Below are positions 13,401-24,577 of a DNA stretch of 64,000 nt, one piece after another. The notes under the pieces are model-generated. The model was not told the origin of the DNA and did not search any database. It saw nothing but the letters and a program-made list of their open reading frames with translations. The DNA comes from Octopus bimaculoides (Eukaryota), in contig NC_068982.1 of NCBI RefSeq assembly GCF_001194135.2, positions 35,886,762 through 35,950,761 on the forward strand. The letters are read 5' to 3'. The translations under genes and the position numbers were made by a program. Position 1 is the stretch's first letter, and each line of letters starts with the position of its first letter.

Positions 13401-14729
13401 CAGTGGGGAAATTTGAGTAAACATTTGGTAAGTTCGGTTTTGGTGAAGGGTGAAGGATAAGACATTTGGGATTCATGCCCTTCATTTGAGTGAAGAAGAA
13501 AGGAAAATGCTGTTGTCGCTTGGGTTTCAGGCAAGGCAAACATTGATTTCGTGCCAATGGAAAACTAACCAGTGGTGAATGTCTTGTCCCTTTCCCGCGC
13601 ACCTTATCATGTACAAACTGCACTAGGAACCATTGTATGTTTGCTAACAGTATTATTTATGCTGCACAGTTTGTTGTATCTTCAATTAGTGTTGGAATAA
13701 ATGTGGCCATCAATTTTAACCTGAGTTTCCGTATGTCTTGGTGCTCTTAATCATGACATGTTTGGAACCAGATCATTATAACATTACCTGGGCCATAGCC
13801 ACACGCATCCCACTAAACATATATTATATGTCTCCTGGTGCGTTTAAAATACAAAGAGAGAATCCGTCAGAATCGACATTGCTTTACAAATCTCTAGGAT
13901 TAAAGTACTTGTAATAAACTGGTATCCAATCAATTAACTATATCCTTTCAGTGTTAGTACTGGACTTAATAAAAAATACTTGTAAATAACTATTAGTATA
14001 CTTATTTTATAACTAGTTCAAGCATTTCACATGGTTATATCATGTGGCCCAATCTGATGAGTTACATAACTGTCCTTTCCGTGTAGAGAAGTTTCTTCCT
14101 CTAATTGACGACATATCAATGGCATCTCCAACAGGATTTGGAGAATTAGCAGTGTGTGATCCCGATTTGACTAAAGCCTGGTTAGGAAGCTGTTCAATGA
14201 ATGCGAGAAGCTCAAGAACTCTATAAATTTCTTCGTCTATCAAGCAAGGGCTGAGAATATTAAAAGTGTCTCTTTGGTGGTGTATCCTAAAGTACTAGTG
14301 GTAGTGAACTTTACAAATATAAAATAGATCATAACGTCGAAAATGAAATCAAAGATGTTGCTTATCGATGAAATGACACGCTTTCTGGATCAGAGGAAAA
14401 TGTCATCGGAACTAATACGAAGCCAGCAATTACGGGGAAGGAGATAAGTCGATTACATTAACTCCAGTGTTCAACTGGTACTTATTTTATCGAACCCAAA
14501 AGGATGAAAGGCAAAGTTGACCCCGGCAGAATTTGAACTTAGAACGTAAAAACATTTCATCCGGCGTGCTAACAATTCTGCCAGTTCGCCGCCTTAATAT
14601 AATGGAATATTGAAAATAGGTCACACGTTTTTGATAAATTAATTAGTTTGGGACTAAGGAACAATCTGCTGAAGATTACCTTTGTACAAATACAACTAAT
14701 TGATGGCCTGTTAAATTCTGCCCGTCTCT
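7429..14729 (-). CDS. Unidentified multi-exon protein-coding gene, 5' end uncertain; join of 14729-14680, 14286-14066, 11658-11495, 11001-10942, 10298-10275, 9532-9499, 8406-8332, 7502-7429
   Basis: Eight exons (50, 221, 164, 60, 24, 34, 75, 74 nt = 702 nt), each with an AG acceptor and GT donor (gtaatc, gtaact, gtgagt, gtgagt, gtaaca, gtcagt, gtattt). Phases match at all seven junctions (2,1,0,0,0,1,1) and give one open frame ending in TGA at 7431-7429. Protein: RDGQNLTGHQLVVFVQRIHHQRDTFNILSPCLIDEEIYRVLELLAFIEQLPNQALVKSGSHTANSPNPVGDAIDMSSIRGRNFSTRKGQLLNGRIMSYSHFYVQPTFMESYYYIADKLKHQARLIEKQRAQERYISPSPTNYPVKVDVRSNVEFDAAEAIEIIIDTVNLQKCMHLRLWRNLRYQGVCTISQRSPNQYVATTFSGDPASRGECSVIWHNGNISVLAMVRGYKNS. 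An alternative in-phase acceptor exists at 14250. Confidence 0.8.
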
Positions 14730-14739
14730 CTAAAATATT

Positions 14740-15049
14740 TGTTTCAAATTTTGGCACAAGGCCAGCAATTTCGGGGTAAGGAATAAGTTGATTACATCGA
14801 CCCAGTATTTAACTGGTGCTAATTTTATTCTTTTCTACTCTAGGCACAAGGCCTGAAATTTTGGGGGAAGGGGCCAGTCGATTAGATCGACCCCTATATG
14901 CAACTGGAACTTATTTTATTGACACCGAAAGCTTGAAAGGCAAAGTCGGCCTCGGCGAAATTTAAACTCAGAATGTAAAGACGGACGAAATACTGCAAAG
15001 CATTTTGCCCGGCATGCTAACAACTCTGCCAGTTTGCCGCCTTACATCG
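14740..15049 (-). mobile_element. SINE family B doublet (ggcggcaaactggcagagttgttagcatgccggg...gagtttaaatttcgccgaggccgactttgcctttc...) with a 12-bp TSD
   Basis: TSD ctctaaaatatt at 14728-14739 and 15050-15061. Family B copies also lie at about 3640-3960, 4855-5092, 10352-10515, 11740-11870, 12810-13025, 14425-14596, 24945-25148, 47000-47420 and 53517-53735. Confidence 0.85.
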
Positions 15050-15171
15050 CTCTAAAATATTATGACACAAGTATTTCAAGAAATGTTACTATCAAGTTGT
15101 CTTAGACATATTCAATAATTTCAAATAAATTACTTTACTTTGCAAACTCTTATTAATGATAATAATAGCAT

Positions 15172-15580
15172 TCTCTTTTATTCTCTCTTACTTGTTTCAG
15201 TCATTTGACTGCGGTCATGCTGGAGCACCGCCTTTAATCGAGCAAATTGACCCCAGGACTTATTCTTTGGAAGCCTAGTACTTATTTTATCGGTGTCTTT
15301 TGCCGAACCGCTAAATTACGGGAACGTAAACACACCACCATCGGTTGTCAAGCGATGCTGGAGGAACAAACACAGACACACAAACATACACACACACACA
15401 TATATATACATATATGCGACGGGCTTCCTTCAGTTTCCGTCTACCAAATCCACTCACAAGGCTTTGATTGACCCGAGGCTATAGTAGAAGACACTTGCCC
15501 AAGGTGCCACGCAGTGGGAATAAACCCGGAACCATGTGGTTGGTAAGCAAGCTACTTACCACACAGCCACTTCTGCGCCT
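15172..15580 (-). mobile_element. tRNA-derived SINE, family A (gtggctgtgtggtaag...ggttccgggtt...gcaccttgggcaagtgtcttctactatagc...ccagcatgaccgcagtcaaatgactgaaacaagtaa), well preserved
   Basis: Pol III A/B-box-like head and an internal (CA)/(TA) microsatellite. Other copies or fragments lie at about 5200-5460, 22420-22540, 34310-34415, 35905-36255, 36620-36780, 39130-39230, 39335-39505, 48050-48240, 49975-50696, 60240-60410 and 63271-63683. Confidence 0.85.
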
Positions 15581-15639
15581 ATATGTTAAAATAATTGTCA
15601 TACATGTAGACAATAGTCGTCAAGACAAAAGAACCACAG

Positions 15640-16152
15640 GTTAGCTTTGTGGTTATACCCATAGTATGGGAAAGTGTCCTGCTATTAGGAAGATAGGCAA
15701 TATCTATGAGAAGAACCTTTTACAGTCTGTCTGCATGTCTCCTAGGAAGATATTTGAGAAAGCTCACAAAGTTGATGTTGGTACAGGTAGTGACCAAGTC
15801 TTGAGCAATGTCTTCAACATTGAGAGCAGATACAATGTTGAAGTACAGATGCATGTAAACAATGTCAGTGACATGACTATCATCCCAAGAAATGTTTGAA
15901 TAAAACCAGGGTCTCCCAATTTGGAATCTTGCAAGGCTAGCCTCAAGCAGTTTGATAGTTCGATAATCAAACTGTCGGAGAAGTTTGAAACCATATTGGA
16001 GACAGAAATTAGAAAAGATATAGTTTCTGAACTTGTTATAAAAATTATTGAAATGGGTGCAATGCCAGGTCTAATTAAAGCAAGTGTTTAAAAAGTTATA
16101 AAACGGAAAGAAAATGAGAAAAATGACGCTAAACTTGCATATTATGAATCTA
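15640..16152 (+). mobile_element. Degenerate Gypsy-like gag (zinc knuckle)/protease remnant
   Basis: One frame with two internal stops: LCGYTHSMGKCPAIRKIGNIY (decayed CCHC knuckle), VQMHVNNVSDMTIIPRNV* (decayed DTG protease site), SLKQFDSSIIKL, ...KLAYYES. Confidence 0.6.
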
Positions 16153-17213
16153 GCTTGGCTTCTTGCTTCATGCTCATGTTTGATGTGGGTGGGATCATTC
16201 TAAGTTAGTGGTTTTAGAAGCGTCATTATGCGTAGAGCCGACCAAGTTCACCAGTGCTCTCTATCGTTGGTGCCAGTTCCTCTGCATACTCTAAGGTGAC
16301 GTCGAGCCTCTGGAGATTTTCCCCAATCACGACAGCCATCTTGTGTGGGGCCTGTCATGAGGCCTCTTCCAGACTGCAGCTGCTACGTCGAATGAGAGTA
16401 AAGCCCTGGTAGGATGAGCTAGCAGGAGACGGAGGACATGTCCGTACCAGCGCATGTGACGGCTAGCTGTGAGGTAGGAGGCTGCGAGCTAATGCATGTG
16501 CTCACGCAGTTCTTTGCTGGAAACGTGATGGTACCATCTGATGTCCTCGATGGTTCTCAGGGCTCTGCTATCGAAGCCGTCGATCTTCTTTGCCAGGGTC
16601 TTCGAGGGGGGGGGGACATTTCTCCTCCATAGAAGAGAATAGAGAGGGCTGATGCGTTGTAGATGCAGAGTTTTGTATTCCGGGAGATAGAGCAGTGGTG
16701 CCAAAGGGGCTTCCATAGGGAGTACATGACGCCAGCGGCCAGACTATATCTGCAGTTAATCTCCGGGGTCAGGTTTTTATTGTTGGTGACTGTGGAGCCC
16801 AGGTAGATGAAGGAGTTGACAAACTCCACGATGTCGAGGCCTGTATGGAGAAGGTCCGAATCATCTCCGACATGCAGAAGCTTAGTCTTCGCCCAACTCA
16901 CCTGAAGACCAAACTTTGCGGATTCTTCTCATCATTGAAAGAGCTCAGGAGTTCCGCAAAAATCGCCACTTCTGCATTGCCTTCGTCGACCTCAAGGCAG
17001 CTTTTGACACGGCCAACTACGCATCCCTCTGGAAAATTCTCAAGCTCGTCAGTACACCTCCCAAGATCTCCGCACTGTTCCAACGGCTCTATAGCGGTGC
17101 CGAGAGCTGCGTGCGGGTGAACGGGAAGGACTTTGACTGATTCCCCACCAACAGCGGGGTTACACAGAACTGAGTGCCGCCCAGACCTCTTCGACTGGAT
17201 CATCGGTTATCTG
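16153..17213. mobile_element. RTE-clade LINE with 5' inversion: 3' RT half on the minus strand (16920-16153), upstream RT piece on the plus strand (16916-17213)
   Basis: Minus strand: AKFGLQVSWAKTKL..VEFVNSFIYLGS..TKLCIYNASALSILFYG..KIDGFDSRALRTI..W and a short-repeat tail. Plus strand: LRILLIIERAQEFRKNRHFCIAFVDLKAAFDT..SCVRVNG..SGV..DLFDWIIGYL. Confidence 0.9.
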
Positions 17214-17290
17214 ATATTTGAAGAGGCCGAGAAGCAGTCTGATGCATTACGTTATATTTTTCGGGAAGGAGTGGGGAAAACTGAAGGACC

Positions 17291-17623
17291 TGTAGGAAAT
17301 TGGTTATACACCATTAGGTGTATACCCACTTCCGTACATTAAATTCGGAATAAACAACGCAACGCAGAACTCTGAACTATCAACACAACAATATTTATTT
17401 ATGGAGGAAAATAGGCATGGTTGCTGAGACGTCGGAACGTTGTTGTGAGCTGTCCCCAGAGTTGGAATGTTGGAGAGACAGCTTAACACGTCCATGCTCA
17501 TGTGAGATAGCTCTGGGCTGGACGTCCGACCTCTCCGTCGGCCGGCGAGAAAAGAGAAAGAATCAGGGCGCCAAACTTGGATATTGATGACTACGCATGC
17601 GCACGAGACAGGGCGTTACTACA
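17291..17623 (-). mobile_element. Solo LTR (333 bp)
   Basis: Begins tgtag and ends ctaca (TG...CA, 5-bp inverted ends), with a 4-bp TSD gacc at 17287-17290 and 17624-17627. AATAAA on the minus strand suggests the orientation. Confidence 0.85.
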
Positions 17624-19066
17624 GACCGCTCCGGATGACAAACTCTAGCAACATCTTTGATTCCCTATCTGAAGTTCGTATAGTACACTAACTCACAACG
17701 GTTTATTGCATGGGGTACAGTGTGATAGTCTGTAGATGTTGCCTTTCTCACACTGTCCTATTCAGCAAACGTAGGCAAAGTGAACTCAATTAAAACTGTG
17801 GTTATTTCTCTTCAGTTCTTCTTTCAGAGTAGTGCGTATCCTTGCACAGTATTTGAAGCTACGATGTTATTGATATATTTATCTATCTTGACAGTGTTCT
17901 CTGCATTGTATTTTTGCACTATTGTACCTGTAACTTGGTGTTTGAGGATGATAAAACAATTTCTAGTGATAAGGGCTATGTGGGCTAGGACATTGTTGAG
18001 GCAATGACTTGTGTTCCTCGCATGTCCTGAATTCAGTTCATTCATAGAACTCAATATTTGATATTACTGTATTTAAAAAGTCTGCCAGGTGTCGTGATTT
18101 TGTTGTCATTAATCAGTTAAATCGTTTCCGCTCCTACAACCATCTGATAACTTGTACTACATTTACCCTTCAAACAAACCTCATTGAAAAGCTATCACTT
18201 ACAGAAGTTGAACACTTAGTAGAAAGGAGGAAGTGCTTGATTTCTTCTTTCAGAATTATATTTCCATTAAACTACTGCTTTGATTTCCACTACTGCTATA
18301 GATAACAGTAATTTATTTCGTTCTCCTGTCATCTTAATTTACTCCGTCCCTCCTCTATGCACGATTTAATTACATCAACGTAACCAGTAGTATTTTACTG
18401 ACATGCGACACATAAAAAAATATATCCAATAAAAGCAAAAATACAATAGAATAATATTATCAATAGTGCCGTCTGACCATCCAAGTAGATGTCGGTAACA
18501 CAATCGTGTTGTAGAATAATAAAACAGCTACATCAAGAAATATGAGACAATCAACATAAAGCATTACTGACATTTTCTCTATAACCGCAGCTGAAAACGT
18601 CCAAAACTATTCCTTGTCTGCGACAGGATAATCATCCAACACAGTGGCGATCGATAACCAAACCTAGGGGAAGCGTTTGTTAGCTGATATCATCCGTAGA
18701 CGGGTTAATTTCTAAAAAATTAAACCCATTGGCTACCAACTGAACTATTTATTATTGCTGCCGCTAGCTAACGCGCCAATCATTGTAAAGTTGATCTGTC
18801 GTAAATCGACGGCGACCTGTATTTTATGTTCTGTTTTCTTGCTGTATATGATTCTTATACAAAAAGATTCCATTTCAACTATATAGGTCATTGAATTATC
18901 TTCAGTTCCACTTATTTTTTCCTTTTCAAATATGGAGTTTAATACATAATGTCTTTTCTTTCACAATTAAGAATTGAAACGATGGGTGTGCAGTCCAAAG
19001 GTTCGTATCGTGTCGTAGTTACTCTATCGTGTCCATAGGTAAGAAAATTCACACTAGTCTTCTGTA

Positions 19067-19625
19067 CAGTAACACCACACTTTACGAGGACCCGGGTTTA
19101 CGAGTTTATTTTTTTAGCTCACTTTTGTGTGGAGAACTGAAATTTTTCAAGCACCACATCCAAATTTTGACCGAAGTGCAAAAGTTTCTACTTCTACAAC
19201 AAATGCTTCTGCGTGTTACTGAGAAATTTATAGAGAGCGAAAAAAGGCTTCTACACAAACAATTATAGGCTTATTTTTAAAAAAGAAATCTACAAGTCTG
19301 TCTACACGGGCTTGTGAATCGGCAATCGCGTCTACAAGTGATGGTATGCGAGAGAAAGTGATTCAGAAAACAGTTATAATAATATTTTTTATCATAAATG
19401 ATCTTCACGTTCTTTTTACCTTGCATAAAATATTCTTTACATTCTACTGTTGTTTTATTGCCCTTTATTTACGAGTATTATAAATTTTATAGGTAAAATA
19501 TTTTTCTGGAAACGAATTATGATTTAGAACATTGCTATTATGGGAAATTATTGCTCTGTTTTACGAGTTTTCGCTTTACAAGCGGTCTCCGGGAACAAAT
19601 TAACTCGTATATCGAGGCATTACTG
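19067..19625. mobile_element. pogo/Tigger-like non-autonomous DNA element (MITE)
   Basis: TA-flanked ends cagtaacacc...tacgag and ctcgta...ggcattactg, an imperfect TIR. Confidence 0.6.
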
Positions 19626-20379
19626 TATCTCGTAGTAAATGGTTACAAGGAACCGCTAGCAATTGTTCTGTCATCTAGAAAATAACAGCCAAATATCCTT
19701 CAAATCTTAGAAAAGGACATGTTATATAAAATAGTTCTACATACTCGTAAAAAGACAGGATGGTCACGATTTGAATATATTTAATCGTGCGTTTTCTCAG
19801 TCAGAGACAAACTGGAGTTAAAAATAGCCCTGTATAATCGATAAGTATTTCTACACGCTTACCGTACTTTAATCAAATCCTCCTGTAAGATTGTTGGGTT
19901 CTGCACGGTTGAATTAACCTAAACATAGTACATATAAATGAATTCTTCAATTGGTATTTCTACAGCCACATATGTAGTAAAATTAATGACTTTTTTTTTT
20001 AATCGCTTCAGTGATGAAGTTTTTACAAGAATTCAAAACTTACTCTGTATCGTAGCTCTACTACTCACAATTTGTGGTTTCCCTTCTTATATTAAAAACT
20101 GAAAATTATATGAGGTCAAATAAGAAAACAATAAGTCTCTTGGAAAAAGCCTCCCTATCAGTTGCAACATTCGTAAACTTCAATCTAACTTAAATCCAAA
20201 CTCACTACCCACTACTAATGCATCTTATTCCTCTCTGAGAGTATATCTCTTATCTTCTATTTCTAACCCATCTCTACTGCTCAGGTTACGACTTCACACT
20301 GAAAAGCAGTGTATCCCACTTAATTAAAATCAACTCTCCCTACCACTCACCCCTCTTATCTGGGTATCAGCAACAAAAA

Positions 20380-21830
20380 TTTCCAGTTACACTGCCTTTA
20401 AGTCTTTCTTCTTCATTTTACTAAATGCATCTACAATCTTTCAGAACTTTTCCAGCTACAAGTAGTAATTCGACTAGCTTACATATTGCATAGAAGACAG
20501 ATATCTGACATAAATATCAGGTCTTTTGATTCTGATTCTAAACTCCTTATTCACTGGTACGTATAAACTGAATCGTTTACCATTCTTAACTGTCCTCAGC
20601 TGTCAGAATTCAAACCCAGTCTTTACTCAGCTGTTGCATTTTTCTACACATCTTTTCATCAAACATTTATTACATCTTTCTCTCACACAAAACATCCTAA
20701 GCCTAAAAGCCAACTAACTGGTAGGAGCTCTCTCAATCTTAGGCCAACTACTACACCTGGCAATAAATATTCTTTGCAGCCAACATATCTGAAGCAGTGA
20801 AGTAGACTGAAACCCCTCCTATGCATGTTCTTCATAAAAACCAAACTAAACCCTGAAGTGATTCGTCTGTGGCAGTACAGGAAAAGAACACTACTTAGTA
20901 AACCAAGAGAAAGTCACCCACCACCAATACAAACTGAGACATGAGTCAGCAAGGGAGCCTCTATGAGGATACTTGAACTATCTTAACAAACAGATCTTTG
21001 TTAAAAAAATCTATCATAACACACAGATTTTTGTTAAAGCATACTCTACTCCCTGAAAAAAGAAGAACAGTGAAAATAAAATGGGATGATTATGACTAGA
21101 ACATCTATGATCATAGGTCTGCTCAATTAGAGCTATATTGCAACAATCAACAAAGTTTTTTTTTTTTTTATCAACTTCAACATCTCAAAGACAACCATCA
21201 GAAAAGCCAAAAATACCTTTTTTTTCCAAAATTGCAGTAGATAATTTTGTTGCTTTGCCAAGAGGATTTCTACGAATTTTATGAAATCCTATTAACAGTT
21301 AAATCCTGTCTTTAAAAGATAATTTCAATCACTTCAAGCCAATTGACCTAGAGCATGTCCCTTTCAATATCTTCAAACAATGCACCACAAGGCTAGTATC
21401 CATCAATGCCAAACTTTTGTATCACTCTCTCTCCCTCTGCAAGGATGTCTTCCATCTTTGAAAACATGCTACAGTCCATTCCAAAGGCAGCCCCCGCACT
21501 GGCCCTGTCAACCATCAATCTATTGCTCTTTCAACAATTTCATTCCACCTCTTCTGTGGCCATTTGTATGGCTACTGTATTTCTGGATCCATTGACAACC
21601 TTCTCTATAACACATTCTTGCAATGGGCAAAACTAGTGTCATTGCACCTGATAATCAACCACTTCACTCATTGCTACTTCCCGAATGTCAACCCTCTGTA
21701 CTTCTCATACTTGCCACATTTTTATCCATACATCTTCCAAGTTGGACATAAACCATATTTATCTGATCAGTCATATGGTTACTGCCCTTTTCCAGACTTA
21801 GCCATAAAATAAGAGGTTAACCAACAATTT
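20380..21830. mobile_element. Old LINE remnants (RTE-like on the minus strand at about 20380-20800; another RT-like fragment at about 21200-21830)
   Basis: Stop-riddled RT-like peptides; family assignment is weak. Confidence 0.4.
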
Positions 21831-23367
21831 GCTATGGATTAGGATTAAAATTAAACATGTCTTATTCATAGTCATCATCATCGTTGTTTTAATGTCTCCC
21901 AACTAAATTTGCTGGTCTTGTTCCAAAATTTGAAACCATTCTCAGCAGATCTAGCTACTCTATAGAGTCTGTCCTGGTTACATTATGGGAAATATAGCTG
22001 GAGTATTTTCAGGCTCTTGTGAAACTATTCACCTGTTTTAGTTCATTATTCCCAGATGAGAAGTACTACATGATGTCAAGACAGACATACAAATTTTATT
22101 CACACACACATATATATATATATATATGTATATATTATTTCATCTATCATTGTCAATGATAATGAAGGACATCACATGGCAGAAAAAGACAGGTCATGAT
22201 GTGTCCAGCTATGGCCAATCAATTCAATACATGCCCAGAAGGCTCTGCCTCAGGTCAGGCACTGGGGACTGAAGGCAGAGAGTTTGCTCTGCTATTTCTA
22301 GTAGATCAAGTCACCACATAACGGTTCCTTCCTTTGCTTAACTGCTTTGTTTCAATGCTAATGGGCATTTGCACAAAAGTTAATTCTATATATGACAAGC
22401 ATGGCTTCGTAATTAATAACTTCACTTCCCAACCACATGGCTTCAGGTTCAATCACAGCGAGAAGCAGCACCTTGGGCAAGTGTCTTCTATTATACTATG
22501 AGCCAATCAAAGTTTTAAGTGGATATGATAGACAGAAACTGAAAGATGCCCATGACGGGTTCTCCCATCGGTTTCAACATATGAGGATCCATCAATTTAT
22601 TCAGTTTGGATGCTTATAATTGTGATTTATTCACAATTATACACTCTTCTATTATGAAAATAAATTTTTTGATTGCCTGTTCTGGCCACTGATATAAATA
22701 ATTATTCGTAAATAATTTTGAATTGTTTACGATATATTCTTCACAATGTATTTTTGCATTCCTCTTTTATTATTTAATTTTCACTCATATCCAGTTTTTC
22801 ACCGTGACTCGTTTTACTGGTCTTTTCTTATAAACTCTGTGCATGATACAGTTCTATATTTAAGAGATGAGTAATTATGTACATTATTTACATTATTAAC
22901 ATTCAACAGATATTTGTCCTCATCTTGTTTGTTGTTAACATGTTTCGAAACGTTGTGTTAACAAGATAAGGACAAATATCTGTTGAATGTAAATAATGCT
23001 GTGCATGATGTTAAAATTCAGAATCTGATGTGCAGATTGAGGCGACACATTATTCTTGCTGGTCGAAACACATATTAAGGCCCAAGATATGTTTTTTGTG
23101 TTAATTTGTATCTACACAAATGTCTTCCTGACAAGAAGAGTAGAACCTTTTTGGTTCCTAACTTCAAAATTGCAATGGAGGACTAACCTTTTATTTTTAT
23201 TTAAATTTTGAATTTTTTATCATGTTGCCCACCAACAGCTTTTATTGTTGAAGAGATATGAGTGGTCATAGTGACTTTATAGCAGTTTTGACTGCTATTT
23301 CTAGACATGTAAGTGCTTTTACAACCTTCTCCGTTATAATTGTGATTTATTCACACTTATACACTCT

Positions 23368-23424
<57 letters not shown>

Positions 23425-23501
23425 TGATTAGAGTTTGTATTAATGATTAATTTGTTGTTAATAATAAACAATTAACTTCCCAATCTCCATTTTCTTTTTC
23501 T

Positions 23502-23542
<41 letters not shown>

Positions 23543-24369
23543 ATGTGTGTATGTGTGTTTGTTTCCTTGTGTTGACATTGCATGATGGTTGTAAATAAGC
23601 ATCATTTTTGTACAAGTAGTGTTATTTGTTTCCGGTCTTCCATGAAAACATATCCAGCCACAGAAAAATATTGCCTTGCTTGCAAACAGGTGAGGTTTGG
23701 TGACAGGAAAAGCATCAGCCCATAACAAACCTGCCTCAACAAATTCCATCTGATCCTTGCAAACATGGAAAAGGTAAACATTAAAATGATGATAATGATA
23801 AAACCTAAAAGCAAAAACAAAGATTAAGTAATATTAGTTAATAGCCTATAGAAAGCTAACTCTGTTGAAGAAGCTGAATTTATATGACCACGAAGTTATT
23901 TGCACTCCATACTCAAGTTACACGTTACTGGACATCCTTTCATGTTATTTCTCTAGACAAACGTAATTCTGAGAAGGATGCAAACTCTACATACCCATAT
24001 TCTGTTCTTCTGTACCCATTCACTTCTATTTACTTTCTTCTGCCTTGAGTGTCCTCCCTCATACCCCTTCAATATTATTTCATCTCTCTTTGTAGCTCCA
24101 CTCCAGTAACTCCCACCCATTCTTCTGTAATGGGAATAACCATATAGCTCCTCTACAGTAAGAAACCTGTTTTGTTCTGGGCCCCCTTTTTTTATACATT
24201 AATTTCTCACATCCTAACATGAAGTTACTTTCCTCTCTACTGTAGCCCCACTCAGTCAAATGGGATCTTAGTCTTGCAACTGCATGGCAACCTCATTAAT
24301 ACTGGTGCCACAAAAAAGCACCCAATATATTGTAAAATGGTTGGTATTAAGAAGAAATCATGCCAAAGT

Positions 24370-24577
24370 AGATACTGTTAAACTGTCTGACTCAAAGAAA
24401 TTCACACATCAGTTAAAATGTGTTGATTTTTGAAATGGTTAACATCTCTCAGTTATAATGCCTTTTTACCCTACAAGCTTCATATGCAATTGGGAAAGCA
24501 TGAAGAGAATGATAAGAGTTTATGTACCAGCAGTGTGGCACAACCGAATCATCAGATTCTGTTAAACTGTCTAACTC
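24370..24577. repeat. Direct duplicate (24394-24545) of the ZIP7 3'UTR segment 25402-25554, flanked by about 24-bp direct repeats
   Basis: The two ~153-bp segments differ at only a handful of positions. Flanks are agatactgttaaactgtctgactc (24370-24393) and agattctgttaaactgtctaactc (24554-24577). Confidence 0.9.

Noticed and set aside
17824-18054. 76-aa minus-strand ORF MSSMNELNSG..
   Set aside because: No recognisable family. Only a 48-nt part in a different frame is kept as a tentative exon.
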